From Eledone cirrhosa (taxonomy: Eukaryota): DNA of 64,000 nucleotides. A program made the position numbers and the translations under genes. Below the pieces are notes generated by a model, which saw nothing but the letters and a program-made list of their open reading frames with translations, was not told where the DNA came from and ran no database searches. The stretch is from positions 131,068,001-131,132,000 of the forward strand of contig OZ024744.1 of NCBI GenBank assembly GCA_964016885.1. The letters run 5' to 3'. Of this stretch, positions 37,541 to 49,498 are shown in pieces (positions within the stretch are counted from its first letter, which is position 1; each line of letters opens with the position of its first letter).

Positions 37541-38332
37541 AGTCGGGGTTAAGTTAAGTTGGCGTTATGTTAAGTCAGGCTTAACTTAAGTTGGGGTTCA
37601 GTTAAGTTAGGGGTAAGTTAAGTTGGGGGTAAGTTAAGTTGGGGTTAAGTTAAGTTGCGGTTAAGTTGGGGTTAAGTTAAGTTAGGGTTAAGTTAAGTTG
37701 GGGTTGAGTTAAGTTGGGGTTAATTAAGTGGTGGTTATGTTAAGTTGGGGTTAATTTAAATTGGGGTTAAGTTAACTTTGTGGTTAAGTTAAGTTGGGGT
37801 TAAGTTAAGTTGGGGTTAAGTTGGGGTTGAGTTAAGTTGGGGTTGAGTGAAGTTGGGGTTAAGTTAAGTTGGGGTAAAGTTAAGTTGGGGTTAAGTTAAG
37901 TCGGGGTTAAGTTAAGTTGTGGTTGAGTTAAGTTGGGGTTAATTTAAGTTGGGGCTAAGTTAATTTGTGGTTAAGTTAAGTTGGGGTTGAGTTAAGTTGG
38001 GGTTAAGTTAAGTTGGGGTCAAGTTAAGTTGGGGTTAAGTTGGGGTTAAGTTAAGTTAGGTTTAAGTTAAGTTGGGGTTAAGTTAAGTTGGGGTTAAGTT
38101 AAGTTGGGGTTAAGTTAAGTTGGGGTTAAGTTAAGTTGGGGTTAAGTTAAATTGGGGTTAAGTTAAGTTGGGTTTAAGTTAAGTTGGGGTTAAGTTAAGT
38201 TGGGGTCAAGTTAAGTTGGGGTTAAGTTAAGTTGGTTAGTTAAGTTGAGTTTAAGTTAAGTTGGGGTTAATTTAAGTTGGGGTTAAGTTAAGTTGGGGTT
38301 AAGTTAAGTTGGGGTTAAGTTAAATTGGGGTT

Positions 38333-38532
38333 AACCCCAACTTAACTTAACCCCAACTTCACTCAACCCCAACGTAACTCAACCCCAACTTAACTTAACC
38401 CCAACTTCACTCAACCCCAACTTAACTTAACCCCAACTTCACTCAACCGCAACTTAAGTCAACCCCAACTTAACTTAACCCCAACTTGACTTAACCCCAA
38501 CTTAACTTAGCCCCAACTTAACTTAAGCCCAA
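38333..38532 (-). repeat. Inverted satellite island 19, subtype C, 200 bp
   Basis: AAGTCAACC marker, followed by AGTCGGGA. Confidence 0.95.
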
Positions 38533-38731
38533 AGTCGGGATTAAGTTAAGTTGGCGTTAAGTTAAGTTGGGGTTAAGTTAAGTTGGGTTTAAGTTAAGTT
38601 GGGGTTAAGTTAAGTTGGGGTCAAGTTAAGTTGGGGTTAAGTTAAGTTGGTTAGTTAAGTTGAGTTTAAGTTAAGTTGGGGTTAATTTAAGTTGGGGTTA
38701 AGTTAAGTTGGGGTTAAGTTAAGTTGGGGTT

Positions 38732-38883
38732 AACCCCAACTTAACTTAACCCCAACTTCACTCAACCCCAACTTAACTTAACCCCAACTTCACTCAACCC
38801 CAACTTAAGTCAACCCCAACTTAACTTAACCCCAACTTGACTTAACCCCAACTTAAATTAGCCCCAACTTAACTTAAGCCCAA
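38732..38883 (-). repeat. Inverted satellite island 20, subtype C minus 3 monomers, 152 bp
   Basis: Lacks the 48 bp containing AACGTAACTC. Junctions intact. Confidence 0.93.
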
Positions 38884-39824
38884 AGTCGGGGTTAAGTTAA
38901 GTTGGCGTTATGTTAAGTCAGGCTTAACTTAAGTTGGGGTTCAGTTAAGTTGGGGGTAAGTTAAGTTGGGGGTAAGTTAAGTTGGGGTTAAGTTAAGTTG
39001 CGGTTAAGTTGGGGTTAAGTTAAGTTAGGGTTAAGTTAAGTTGGGGTTGAGTTAAGTTGGGGTTAATTAAGTGGTGGTTATGTTAAGTTGGGGTTAATTT
39101 AAATTGGGGTTAAGTTAACTTTGTGGTTAAGTTAAGTTGGGGTTAAGTTAAGTTGGGGTTAAGTTGGGGTTGAGTTAAGTTGGGGTTGAGTGAAGTTGGG
39201 GTTAACTTAAGTTGGGGTAAAGTTAAGTTGGGGTTAAGTTAAGTCGGGGTTAAGTTAAGTTGTGGTTGAGTTAAGTTGGGGTTAATTTAAGTTGGGGCTA
39301 AGTTAATTTGTGGTTAAGTTAAGTTGGGGTTAAGTTAAGTTGGGGTTAAGTTAAGTTGGGGTTGAGTTAAGTTGGGGTTGAGTTAATTTGGGGTTAAGTT
39401 AAGTTGGGGTTAAGTTAAGTTGGGTTTAAGTTAAGTTGGGGTTAAATTAAGTTGGGGTTAAATTAAGTTGGGGTTAAGTTAAGTTGGGGGTAAGTTAAGT
39501 TGGGGGCAAGTTAAGTTGGGGCTAAGTTAAGTTGGGGTTAAATTAAGTTGGGGTTACGTTAAGTTGGTGTTAAGTTAAGTTGGGGTTAATTTAAGTTGGG
39601 GTTAAGTTAAGTTGGGGTTAAGTTAAGTTGGGGTTAAGTTAAGTTGGGGTTAAGTTAAGTTGGGTTTAAGTTAAGTTGGGGTTAAGTTAAGTTGGGGTCA
39701 AGTTAAGTTGGGGTTAAGTTAAGTTGGTTAGTTAAGTTGAGTTTAAGTTAAGTTGGGGTTAATTTAAGCTGGGGTTAAGTTAAGTTGGGGTTAAGTTAAG
39801 TTGGGGTTAAGTTAAGTTGGGGTT

Positions 39825-40024
39825 AACCCCAACTTAACTTAACCCCAACTTCACTCAACCCCAACGTAACTCAACCCCAACTTAACTTAACCCCAACTTC
39901 ACTCAACCCCAACTTAACTTAACCCCAACTTCACTCAACCCCAACTTAAGTAAACCCCAACTTAACTTAACCCCAACTTGACTTAACCCCAACTTAACTT
40001 AGCCCCAACTTAACTTAAGCCCAA
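39825..40024 (-). repeat. Inverted satellite island 21, subtype C, 200 bp
   Basis: AAGTAAACC variant of the marker, followed by AGTCGGGA. Confidence 0.95.
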
Positions 40025-42242
40025 AGTCGGGATTAAGTTAAGTTGGCGTTAAGTTAAGTTAGACTTAACTTAAGTTGGGGTTCAGTTAAGTTGGGAGTAA
40101 ATTAAGTTGGGGGTAAGTTAAGTTGGGGTTAAGTTAAGTTGCGGTTAAGTTAGGGTTAAGTTAAGTTGGCGTTGAGTTAAGTTGGGGTTAATTAAGTGGT
40201 GGTTATGTTAAGTTGGGGTTAATTTAAATTGGGGTGAAGTTAACTTTGTGGTTAAGTTAATTTGGGGTTAAGTTAAGTTGGGGTTAAGTTGGGGTTGAGT
40301 TAAGTTGGGGTTGAGTGAAGTTGGGGTTAAGTTAAGTTGGGGTAAAGTTAAGTTGGGGTTAAGTTAAGTCGGGGTTAAGTTAAGTTGTGGTTGAGTTAAG
40401 TTGGGGTTAATTTAAGTTGGGGCTAAGTTAATTTGTGGTTAAGTTAAGTTGGGGTTAAGTTAAGTTGGGGTTAAGTTAAGTTGGGGTTAAGTTAAGTTGG
40501 GGTTAAGTTAAGTTGGGGTTAAGTTAAGTTGGTGTTAAGTTAAGTTGGGGTCAAGTTAAGTTGGGGTTAAGTTGGGGTTAAGTTAAGTTAGGTTTAAGTT
40601 AAGTTGGGGTTAAGTTAAGTTGGGGTTAAGTTAAGTTGGGGTTAAGTTAAGTTGGGGTTAAGTTAAATTGGGGTTAAGTTAAGTTGGGGCTAAGTTAAGT
40701 TGGGGCTAAGTTAAGTTGGGGTTAAGTTAAGTTGGGGTTAAGTTAAGTTGGGGTTAAGTTAAGTTGGGGTTAAGTTAAGTTGGTGTTAAGTTAAGTTGGG
40801 GCTAAGTTAAGTTGGGGCTGAGTTAAGTTGGGGCTAAGTTAAGTTGGGGTTAAGTTAAGTTGGGGTTGAGTTAAGTTGGGTTTAAGTTAAGTTGGGGTCA
40901 AGTTAAGTTGGGGTTAAGTTGGGGCTAAGTTAAGTTAGGTTTAAGTTAAGTTGGGGTTAAGTTAAGTTGGGGTTAAGTTAAGTTGGGGTTAAGTTAAGTT
41001 GGGGTTAAGTTAAGTTGGGGTTAAGTTAAGTCGGGGTTAAGTTAAGTCGGGGTTAAGTTAAGTTGGGGTTAAGTTAAGTTGGGGTTAAGTTAAGTTGGGG
41101 TTAAGTTAAGTTGGGGTTAAGTTAAGTTGGGGTTAAGTTAAGTTGAGGTTAAGTTAAGTTGGGGTTAAATTAAGTTGGGGTTAAGTTAAGTTGGGGTTAA
41201 GTTAAGTTGGGGTTAAGTTAAGTTGGGGTTAAGTTAAGTTGGTTAGTTAAGTTGAGTTTAAGTTAAGTTGGGGTTAATTTAAGTTGGGGTTAAGTTAAGC
41301 TGGGGTTAAGTTAAGTTGGGGTTAAGTTAAGTTGGGGTTAATTTAAGTTGGGGTTAAGTTAAGTTGCGGGTAATTTAAGTTGGCGTTAAGTTAAGTTGGG
41401 GTTAAGTTAAGTTGGGGTTAAGTTAAGTTGGGGTTAAGTTAAGTTGGGGTTAATTTAAGTTGGGGTTAAGTTAAGTTGCGGGTAATTTAAGTTGGCGTTT
41501 AGTTAAGTTGGGGTTAAGTTAAGTTGGGGTTAAGTTAAGTTGGGGTTAAGTTAAGTTGGGGTTTATTTAAGTTGGGGTTAAGTTAAGTTGGGGTTCAGTT
41601 AAGTTGGAGTTCAGTTAAGTTGGGGTTAAGTTAAGTTGGGGTTAAGATGGGGTTAAATTACGTTGGAGTTAAGTTAAGTTGGGGTTAAGTTAAGTTGGGG
41701 TTAAGTTAAGTTGGGGTTAAGTTAAGTCGGGGTTAATTTAAGTCGGGGTTAAGTTAAGTTAGGGTTCAGTTAAGTTGGGGTTAAGTTAAGTTGGGGTTGA
41801 GTTAGTTGGGGTCGAGTTAAATTGGGGTTGAGTTAAGTTGAGGTTAAGTTAAGGTGCGGTTAAGTTAAGTTGGGGTTAAGTTAAGTTGGGGCTAAGTTAA
41901 GTTGGGGCTAAGTTAAGTTGGGGCTAAGTTAAGTTGGGGTTAAGTTAAGTTGGGGTTAAGTTAAGTCGGGGTTAAGTTAAGTTGGGGTTAAGTTAAGTTG
42001 GGGTTAATTTAAGTTGGGGTTAAGTTAAGTTGGGGTTAAGTTAAGTTGGGGTTAAGTTAAGTTGGGTTTAAGTTAAGTTGGGGTTAAGTTAAGTTGGGGT
42101 TAAGTTAAGTTGGGGTTAAGTTAAGTTGGTTAGTTAAGTTGAGTTTAAGTTAAGTTGGGGTTAATTTAAGTTGGGTTTAAGTTAAGTTGGGGTTAAGTTA
42201 AGTTGGGGTTAAGTTAAGTTGGGGTTAAGTTAAGTTGGGGTT

Positions 42243-42369
42243 AACCCCAACTTAACTTAACCCCAACTTCACTCAACCCCAACTTAACTTAACCCCAACT
42301 TCACTCAACCCCAACTTCCAACTTGACTTAACCCCAACTTAACTTAGCCCCAACTTAACTTAAGCCCAA
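42243..42369 (-). repeat. Inverted satellite island 22, subtype B minus 3 monomers, 127 bp
   Basis: Has the ACTTCCAACTTGAC scar and lacks the 48 bp containing AACGTAACTC. Confidence 0.93.
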
Positions 42370-44483
42370 AGTCGGGGTTAAGTTAAGTTTGCGTTAAGTT
42401 AAGTTAGGCTTAACTTAAGTTGGGGTTCAGTTAAGTTGGGGGTAAGTTAAGTTGGGGTTAAGTTAAGTTGCGGTTAAGTTGGGGTTAAGTTAAGTTAGGG
42501 TTAAGTTAATTTGGGGTTGAGTTAAGTTGGGGTTAATTAAGTGGTGGTTATGTTAAGTTGGGGTTAAGTTAAGTTGGGGTTAATTTAAATTGGGGTTAAG
42601 TTAACTTTGTGGTTAAGTTAAGTTGGGGTTAAGTTAAGTGGGGGTAAAGTTGGGGTTGAGTTAAGTTGGGGTTGAGTGAAGTTGGGGTTAAGTTAAGTTG
42701 GGGTTAAGTTAAGTTGGGGTTAAGATAAGTCGGGGTTAAGTTAAGTTGTGGTTGAGTTAAGTTGGGGTTAATTTAAGTTGGGGCTAAGTTAATTTGTGGT
42801 AAAGTTAAGTTGGGGTTAAGTTAAGTTGGGGTTAAGTTAAGTTGGGGTTGAGTTAAGTTGGGGTTGAGTTAATTTGGGGTTAAGTTAAGTTGGGGTTAAG
42901 TTAAGTTGGGTTTCAGTTAAGTTGGGGTTAAATTAAGTTGGGGTTAAATTAAGTTGGGGTTGAGTTAAGTTGGGGGTAAGTTAAGTTGGGGGCAAGTTAA
43001 GTTGGGGTTAATTTAAGTTGGGGTTAAATTAAGTTGGGGTTACGTTAAGTTGGTGTTAAGTTAAGTTGGGGTTAATTTAAGTTGGGGTTAATTAAGTTGG
43101 GGTTAAGTTAAGTTGGGGTTAAGTTAAGTTGGATTTAATTTAAGTTGGGGTTGAGTTAAGTTGGGGTTATATTAAGTTGGGGTTAAGTTAAGTTGGGGTT
43201 CAGTTAAGTTGGGGTTAAGTTAAGTTGGGGTTAAGTTAAGTTGAGGTTAAGTTAAGTTGGGGTTAAGTTAAGTTGGTGTTAAGTTAAGTTGGGGCTAAGT
43301 TAAGTTGGGGCTGAGTTAAGTTGGGGCTGAGTTAAGTTGGGGCTAAGTTAAGTTGGGGTTGAGTTATGTTGGGGTTAAGTTAAGTTGGGGTCAAGTTAAG
43401 TTGGGGTTAAGTTGGGGTTAAGTTAAGTTAGGTTTAAGTTAAGTTGGGGTTAAGTTAAGTTGGGGTTAAGTTAAGTTGGGGTTAAGTTAAGTTAGGTTTA
43501 AGTTAAGTTGGGGTTAAGTTAAGTTGGGGTTAAGTTAAGTTGGGGTTAAGTTAAGTTGGGGTTAAGTTAAGTTGAGGTTAAGTTAAGTTGGGGTTAAATT
43601 AAGTTGGGGTTAAGTTAAGTTGGGGTTAAGTTAAGTTGGGGATAAGTTAAGTTGGGGATAATTTAAGTTGGGGTTAAGTTAAGTTGGGTTTAAGTTAAGT
43701 TGGGGTTAAGTTAAGTTGGGGTTAAGTTAAGTTGGGGTTAAGTTAAGTTGGGGTTAAGTTAAGTTGGGGTTCAGTTAAGTTGGGGTTCAGTTAAGTTGGG
43801 GTTAAGTTAAGTTGGGGTTAAGATGGGGCTAAATTAAGTTGGGGTTAAGTTAAGTTGGGGTTAAGTTAAGTTGGGGTTAAGCTAAGTTGGGGTTAAGTTA
43901 AGTCGGGGTTAAGTTAAGTCGGGGTTAAGTTAAGTTAGGGTTCAGTTAAGTTGGGGTTAAGTTAAGTTGGGGTTGAGTTAAGTTGGGGTTGAGTTAAATT
44001 GGGGTTGAGTTAAGTTGGGGTTGAGTTAAGTTGGTGTTGAGTTAAGTTGGGGTTAAGTTAAGTTGGGGTTAAGTTAAGTTGCAGTTAAGTTAAGTTGAGG
44101 TTAAGTTAAGGTGCGGTTAAGTTAAGTTGGGGTTAAGTTAAGTTGGGGCTAAGTTAAGTTGGGGCTAAGTTAAGTTGGGGCTAAGTTAAGTTGGGGTTAA
44201 GTTAAGTCGGGGTTAAGTTAAGTTGGGGTTAAGTTAAGTTGGGGTTAATTTAAGTTGGGGTTAAGTTAAGTTGGGGTTAAGTTAAGTTGGGGTTAAGTTA
44301 AGTTGGGGTTAAGTTAAGTTGGGTTTAAGTTAAGTTGGGGTCAAGTTAAGTTGGGGTTAAGTTAAGTTGGTTAGTTAAGTCGAGTTTAAGTTAAGTTGGG
44401 GTTAATTTAAGTTGGGGTTAAGTTAAGTTGGGGTTAAGTTAAGTTGGGGTTAAGTTAAGTTGGGGTTAAGTTAAGTTGGGGTT

Positions 44484-44683
44484 AACCCCAACTTAACTTA
44501 ACCCCAACTTCACTCAACCCCAACGTAACTCAACCCCAACTTAACTTAACCCCAACTTCACTCAACCCCAACTTAACTTAACCCCAACTTCACTCAACCC
44601 CAACTTAAGTCAACCCCAACTTAACTTAACCCCAACTTGACTTAACCCCAACTTAAATTAGCCCCAACTTAACTTAAGCCCAA
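44484..44683 (-). repeat. Inverted satellite island 23, subtype C, 200 bp
   Basis: AAGTCAACC and AAATTAGCCCC markers. Confidence 0.95.
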
Positions 44684-46335
44684 AGTCGGGGTTAAGTTAA
44701 GTTGGCGTTATGTTAAGTCAGGCTTAACTTAAGTTGGGGTTCAGTTAAGTTGGGAGTAAGTTAAGTTGGGGGTAAGTTAAGTTGGGGTTAAATTAAGTTG
44801 CGGTTAAGTTGGGGTTAAGTTAAGTTAGGGTTAAGTTAAGTTGGGGTTGAGTTAAGTTGGGGTTAATTAAGTGGTGGTTATGTTAAGTTGGGGTTAATTT
44901 AAATTGGGGTTAAGTTAACTTTGTGGTTAAGTTCAGTTGGGGTTAAGTTAAGTTGGGGTTAAGTTGGGGTTGAGTTAAGTTGGGGTTGAGTGAAGTTGGG
45001 GTTAAGTTAAGTTGGGGTAAAGTTAAGTTGGGGTTAAGTTAAGTCGGGGTTGAGTTAAGTTGTGGTTGAGTTAAGTTGGGGTTAATTTAAGTTGGGGCTA
45101 AGTTAATTTGTGGTTAAGTTAAGTTGGGGTTAAGTTAAGTTGGGTTTAAGTTAAGTTGGGGTTAAATTAAGTTGGGGTTAAATTAAGTTGGGGTTAAGTT
45201 AAGTTGGGGGTAAGTTAAGTTGGGGGCAAGTTAAGTTGGGGCTAAGTTAAGTTGGGGTTAAATTAAGTTGGGGTTACGTTAAGTTGGTGTTAAGTTAAGT
45301 TGGGGTTAATTTAAGTTGGGGTTAATTAAGTTGGGGTTAATTTAAGTTGGGGTTAAGTTAAGTTGGGGTTAATTTAAGTTGGGGTTGAGTTAAGTTGGGG
45401 TTAATTTAAGTTGGGGTTATATTAAGTTGGGGTTAAGTTAAGTTGGGGTTAATTTAAGTTGGGGTTAAGTTAAGTTGGGGTTTATTTAAGTTGGGGTTAA
45501 GTTAAGTTGGGGTTCAGTTAAGTTGGGGTTCAGTTAAGTTGGGGTTAAGTTAAGTTGGGGTTAAGATGGGGTTAAATTAAGTTGGGGTTAAGTTAAGTTG
45601 GGGTCAAGTTAAGTTGGGGTTAAGTTAAGTTGGGGTTAAGTTAAGTCGGGGTTAAGTTAAGTCGGGGTTAAGTTAAGTTAGGGTTCAGTTAAGTTGGGGT
45701 TAAGTTAAGTTGGGGTTGAGTTAAGTTGGGGTTGAGTTAAATTGGGGTTGAGTTAAGTTGGGGTTGAGTTAAGTTGGTGTTGAGTTAAGTTGGGGTTAAG
45801 TTAAGTTGCAGTTAAGTTAAGTTGAGGTTAAGTTAAGGTGCGGTTAAGTTAAGTTGGGGTTAAGTTAAGTTGGGGCTAAGTTAAGTTGGGGCTAAGTTAA
45901 GTTGGGGTTAAGTTAAGTTGGGGTTAAGTTAAGTCGGGGTTAAGTTAAGTTGGGGTTAAGTTAAGTTGGGGTTAAGTTAAGTTGGGGTTAAGTTAAGTTG
46001 GGGTTAAGTTAAGTTGGGTTTAAGTTAAGTTGGGGTTAAGTCAAGTTGGGGTTAAGTTAAGTTGGGGTTAAGTTTAGTTGGTTAGTTAAGTTGAGTTTAA
46101 GTTAAGTTGGGGTTAATTTAAGTTGGAGTTAAGTTAATATGGGGTTAAGTTAAGTTGGGGTTAAGTTAAGTTGGGTTTAAGTTAAGTTGGGGTTAAGTTA
46201 AGTTGGGGTCAAGTTAAGTTGGGGTTAAGTTAAGTTGGTTAGTTAAGTCGAGTTTAAGTTAAGTTGGGGTTAATTTAAGTTGGGGTTAAGTTAAGTTGGG
46301 GTTAAGTTAAGTTGGGGTTAAGTTAAGTTGGGGTT

Positions 46336-46487
46336 AACCCCAACTTAACTTAACCCCAACTTCACTCAACCCCAACGTAACTCAACCCCAACTTAACTTA
46401 ACCCCAACTTCACTCAACCCCAACTTAACTTAACCCCAACTTCACTCAACCCCAACTTATGTCAACCCCAACTTAACTTAAGCCCAA
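46336..46487 (-). repeat. Inverted satellite island 24, subtype C minus 3 distal monomers, 152 bp
   Basis: TTATGTCAACC marker, lacks the CTTGAC unit. Junctions intact. Confidence 0.93.
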
Positions 46488-47934
46488 AGTCGGGGTTAAG
46501 TTAAGTTGGCGTTATGTTAAGTCAGGCTTAACTTAAGTTGGGGTTCAGTTAAGTTGGGGGTAAGTTAAGTTGGGGGTAAGTTAAGTTGGGGTTAAGTTAA
46601 GTTGCGGTTAGGTTGGGGTTAAGTTAAGTTAGGGTTAAGTTAAGTTGGGGTTGAGTTAAGTTGGGGTTAATTAAGTGGTGGTTATGTTAAGTTGGGGTTA
46701 ATTTAAATTGGGGTTAAGTTAACATTGTGGTTAAGTTAAGTTGGGGTTAAGTTAAGTTGGGGTTAAGTTGGGGTTGAGTTAAGTTGGGGTTGAGTGAAGT
46801 TGGGGTTAAGTTAAGTTGGGGTAAAGTTAAGTTGGGGTTAAGTTAAGTCGGGGTTAAGTTAAGTTGTGGTTGAGTTAAGTTGGGGTTAATTTAAGTTGGG
46901 GCTAAGTTAATTTGTGGTTAAGTTAAGTTGGGGTTAAGTTAAGTTGGGGTTGAGTTAAGTTGGGGTTGAGTTAATTTGGGGTTAAGTTAAGTTGGGGTTA
47001 AGTTAAGTTGGGTTTAAGTTAAGTTGGGGTTAAATTAAGTTGGGGTTAAATTAAGTTGGGGTTAAGTTAAGTTGGGGGTAAGTTAAGTTGGGGGCAAGTT
47101 AAGTTGGGGCTAAGTTAAGTTGGGGTTAAATTAAGTTGGGGTTACGTTAAGTTGGTGTTAAGTTAAGTTGGGGTTAATTTAAGTTGGGGTTAATTAAGTT
47201 GGGGTTAATTTAAGTTGGGGTTAAGTTAAGTTGGGGTTAATTTAAGTTGGGGTTGAGTTAAGTTGGGGTTAAGTTAAGTTGGGGTTATATTAAGTTGGGG
47301 TTAAGTTAAGTTGGGGTTAAGTTAAGTTGGGGTTAAGTTAAGTTGGGGTTTATTTAAGTTGGGGTTAAGTTAAGTTGGGGTTCAGTTAAGTTGGGGTTCA
47401 GTTAAGTTGGGGTTAAGTTAAGTTGGGGTTAAGATGGGGTTCAATTAAGTTGGGGTTAAGTTAAGTTGGGGTCAAGTTAAGTTGGGGTTAAGTTAAGTTG
47501 GGGTTAAGTTAAGTCGGGGTTAAGTTAAGTCGGGTTTAAGTTAAGTTAGGGTTCAGTTAAGTTGGGGTTAAGTTAAGTTGGGGTTGAGTTAAGTTGGGGT
47601 TGAGTTAAATTGGGGTTGAGTTAAGTTGGGGTTGAGTTAAGTTGGTGTTGAGTTAAGTTGGGGTTAAGTTAAGTTGGGGTTAAGTTAAGTTGGGGTTAAT
47701 TTAAGTTGGGGTTAATTTAAGTTGGGGTTAATTTAAGTTGGGGTTAAGTTAAGTTGGGGTTAAGTTAAGTTGGGGTTAAGTTAAGTTGGGTTTAAGTTAA
47801 GTTGGGGTTAAGTTAAGTTGGGGTCAAGTTAAGTTGGGGTTAAGTTAAGTTGGTTAGTTAAGTCGAGTTTAAGTTAAGTTGGGGTTAATTTAAGTTGGGG
47901 TTAAGTTAAGTTGGGGTTAAGTTAAGTTGGGGTT

Positions 47935-48134
47935 AACCCCAACTTAACTTAACCCCAACTTCACTCAACCCCAACTTCACTCAACCCCAACTTAACTTAA
48001 CCCCAACTTCACTCAACCCCAACTTAACTTAACCCCAACTTCACTCAACCCCAACTTAAGTCAACCCCAACTTAACTTAACCCCAACTTGACTTAACCCC
48101 AACTTAAATTAGCCCCAACTTAACTTAAGCCCAA
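47935..48134 (-). repeat. Inverted satellite island 25, subtype C, 200 bp
   Basis: The CGTAAC unit is replaced by a second CTTCACTC unit. AAATTAGCCCC marker. Confidence 0.95.
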
Positions 48135-49298
48135 AGTCGGGGTTAAGTTAAGTTGGCGTTATGTTAAGTCAGGCTTAACTTAAGTTGGGGTTCAGTTAAG
48201 TTGGGGGTAAGTTAAGTTGGGGGTAAGTTAAGTTGGGGTTAAGTTAAGTTGCGGTTAAGTTGGGGTTATGTTAAGTTAGGGTTAAGTTAAGTTGGGGTTG
48301 AGTTAAGTTGGGGTTAATTAAGTGGTGGTTATGTTAAGTTGGGGTTAATTTAAATTGGGGTTAAGTTAACATTGTGGTTAAGTTAAGTTGGGGTTAAGTT
48401 AAGTTGGGGTTAAGTTGGGGTTGAGTTAAGTTGGGGTAAAGTTAAGTTGGGGTTAAGTTAAGTTGGGGTTAAGTTAAGTTGGGGTTGAGTTAAGTTGGGG
48501 TTGAGTTAATTTGGGGTTAAGTTAAGTTGGGGTTAAGTTAAGTTGGGTTTAAGTTAAGTTGGGGTTAAATTAAGTTGGGGTTAAATTAAGTTGGGGTTAA
48601 GTTAAGTTGGGGGTAAGTTAAGTTGGGGGCAAGTTAAGTTGGGGCTAAGTTAAGTTGGGGTTAAATTAAGTTGGGGTTACGTTAAGTTGGTGTTAAGTTA
48701 AGTTGGGGTTAATTTAAGTTGGGGTTAATTAAGTTGGGGTTAATTTAAGTTGGGGTTAAGTTAAGTTGGGGTTAATTTAAGTTGGGGTTGAGTTAAGTTG
48801 GGGTTAAGTTAAGTTGGGGTTATATTAAGTTGGGGTTAGGTTAAGTTGGGGTTAAGTTAAGTTGGGGTTAAGTTAAGTTGGGGTTTATTTAAGTTGGGGT
48901 TAAGTTAAGTTGGGGTTAATTTAAGTTGGGGTTGAGTTAAGTTGGTGTTGAGTTAAGTTGCGGTTATGTTAAGTTGGGGTTAAGTTAAGTTGGGGTTAAG
49001 TTAAGTTGGGGCTGAGTTAAGTTGGGGCTGAGTTAAGTTGGGGTTAAGTTAAGTTGGGGTTAAGTTAAGTCGGGGTTAAGTTAAGTTGGGGTTAAGTTAA
49101 GTTGGGGTTAAGTTAAGTTGGGGTTAAGTTAAGTTGGGGTTAAGTTAAGTTGGGTTTAAGTTAAGTTGGGGTTAAGTTAAGATGGGGTCAAGTTAAGTTG
49201 GGGTTAAGTTAAGTTGGTTAGTTAAGTTGAGTTTAAGTTAAGTTGGGGTTAATTTATGTTGGGGTTAAGTTAAGTTGGGGTTAAGTTAAGTTGGGGTT

Positions 49299-49498
49299 AA
49301 CCCCAACTTAACTTAACCCCAACTTCACTCAACCCCAACGTAACTCAACCCCAACTTAACTTAACCCCAACTTCACTCAACCCCAACTTAACTTAACCCC
49401 AACTTCACTCAACCCCAACTTAAGTCAACCCCAACTTAACTTAACCCCAACTTGACTTAACCCCAACTTAACTTAGCACGAACTTAACTTAAGCCCAA
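49299..49498 (-). repeat. Inverted satellite island 26, subtype C (TTAGCACG variant), 200 bp
   Basis: AAGTCAACC and TTAGCACGAAC markers. Confidence 0.95.
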
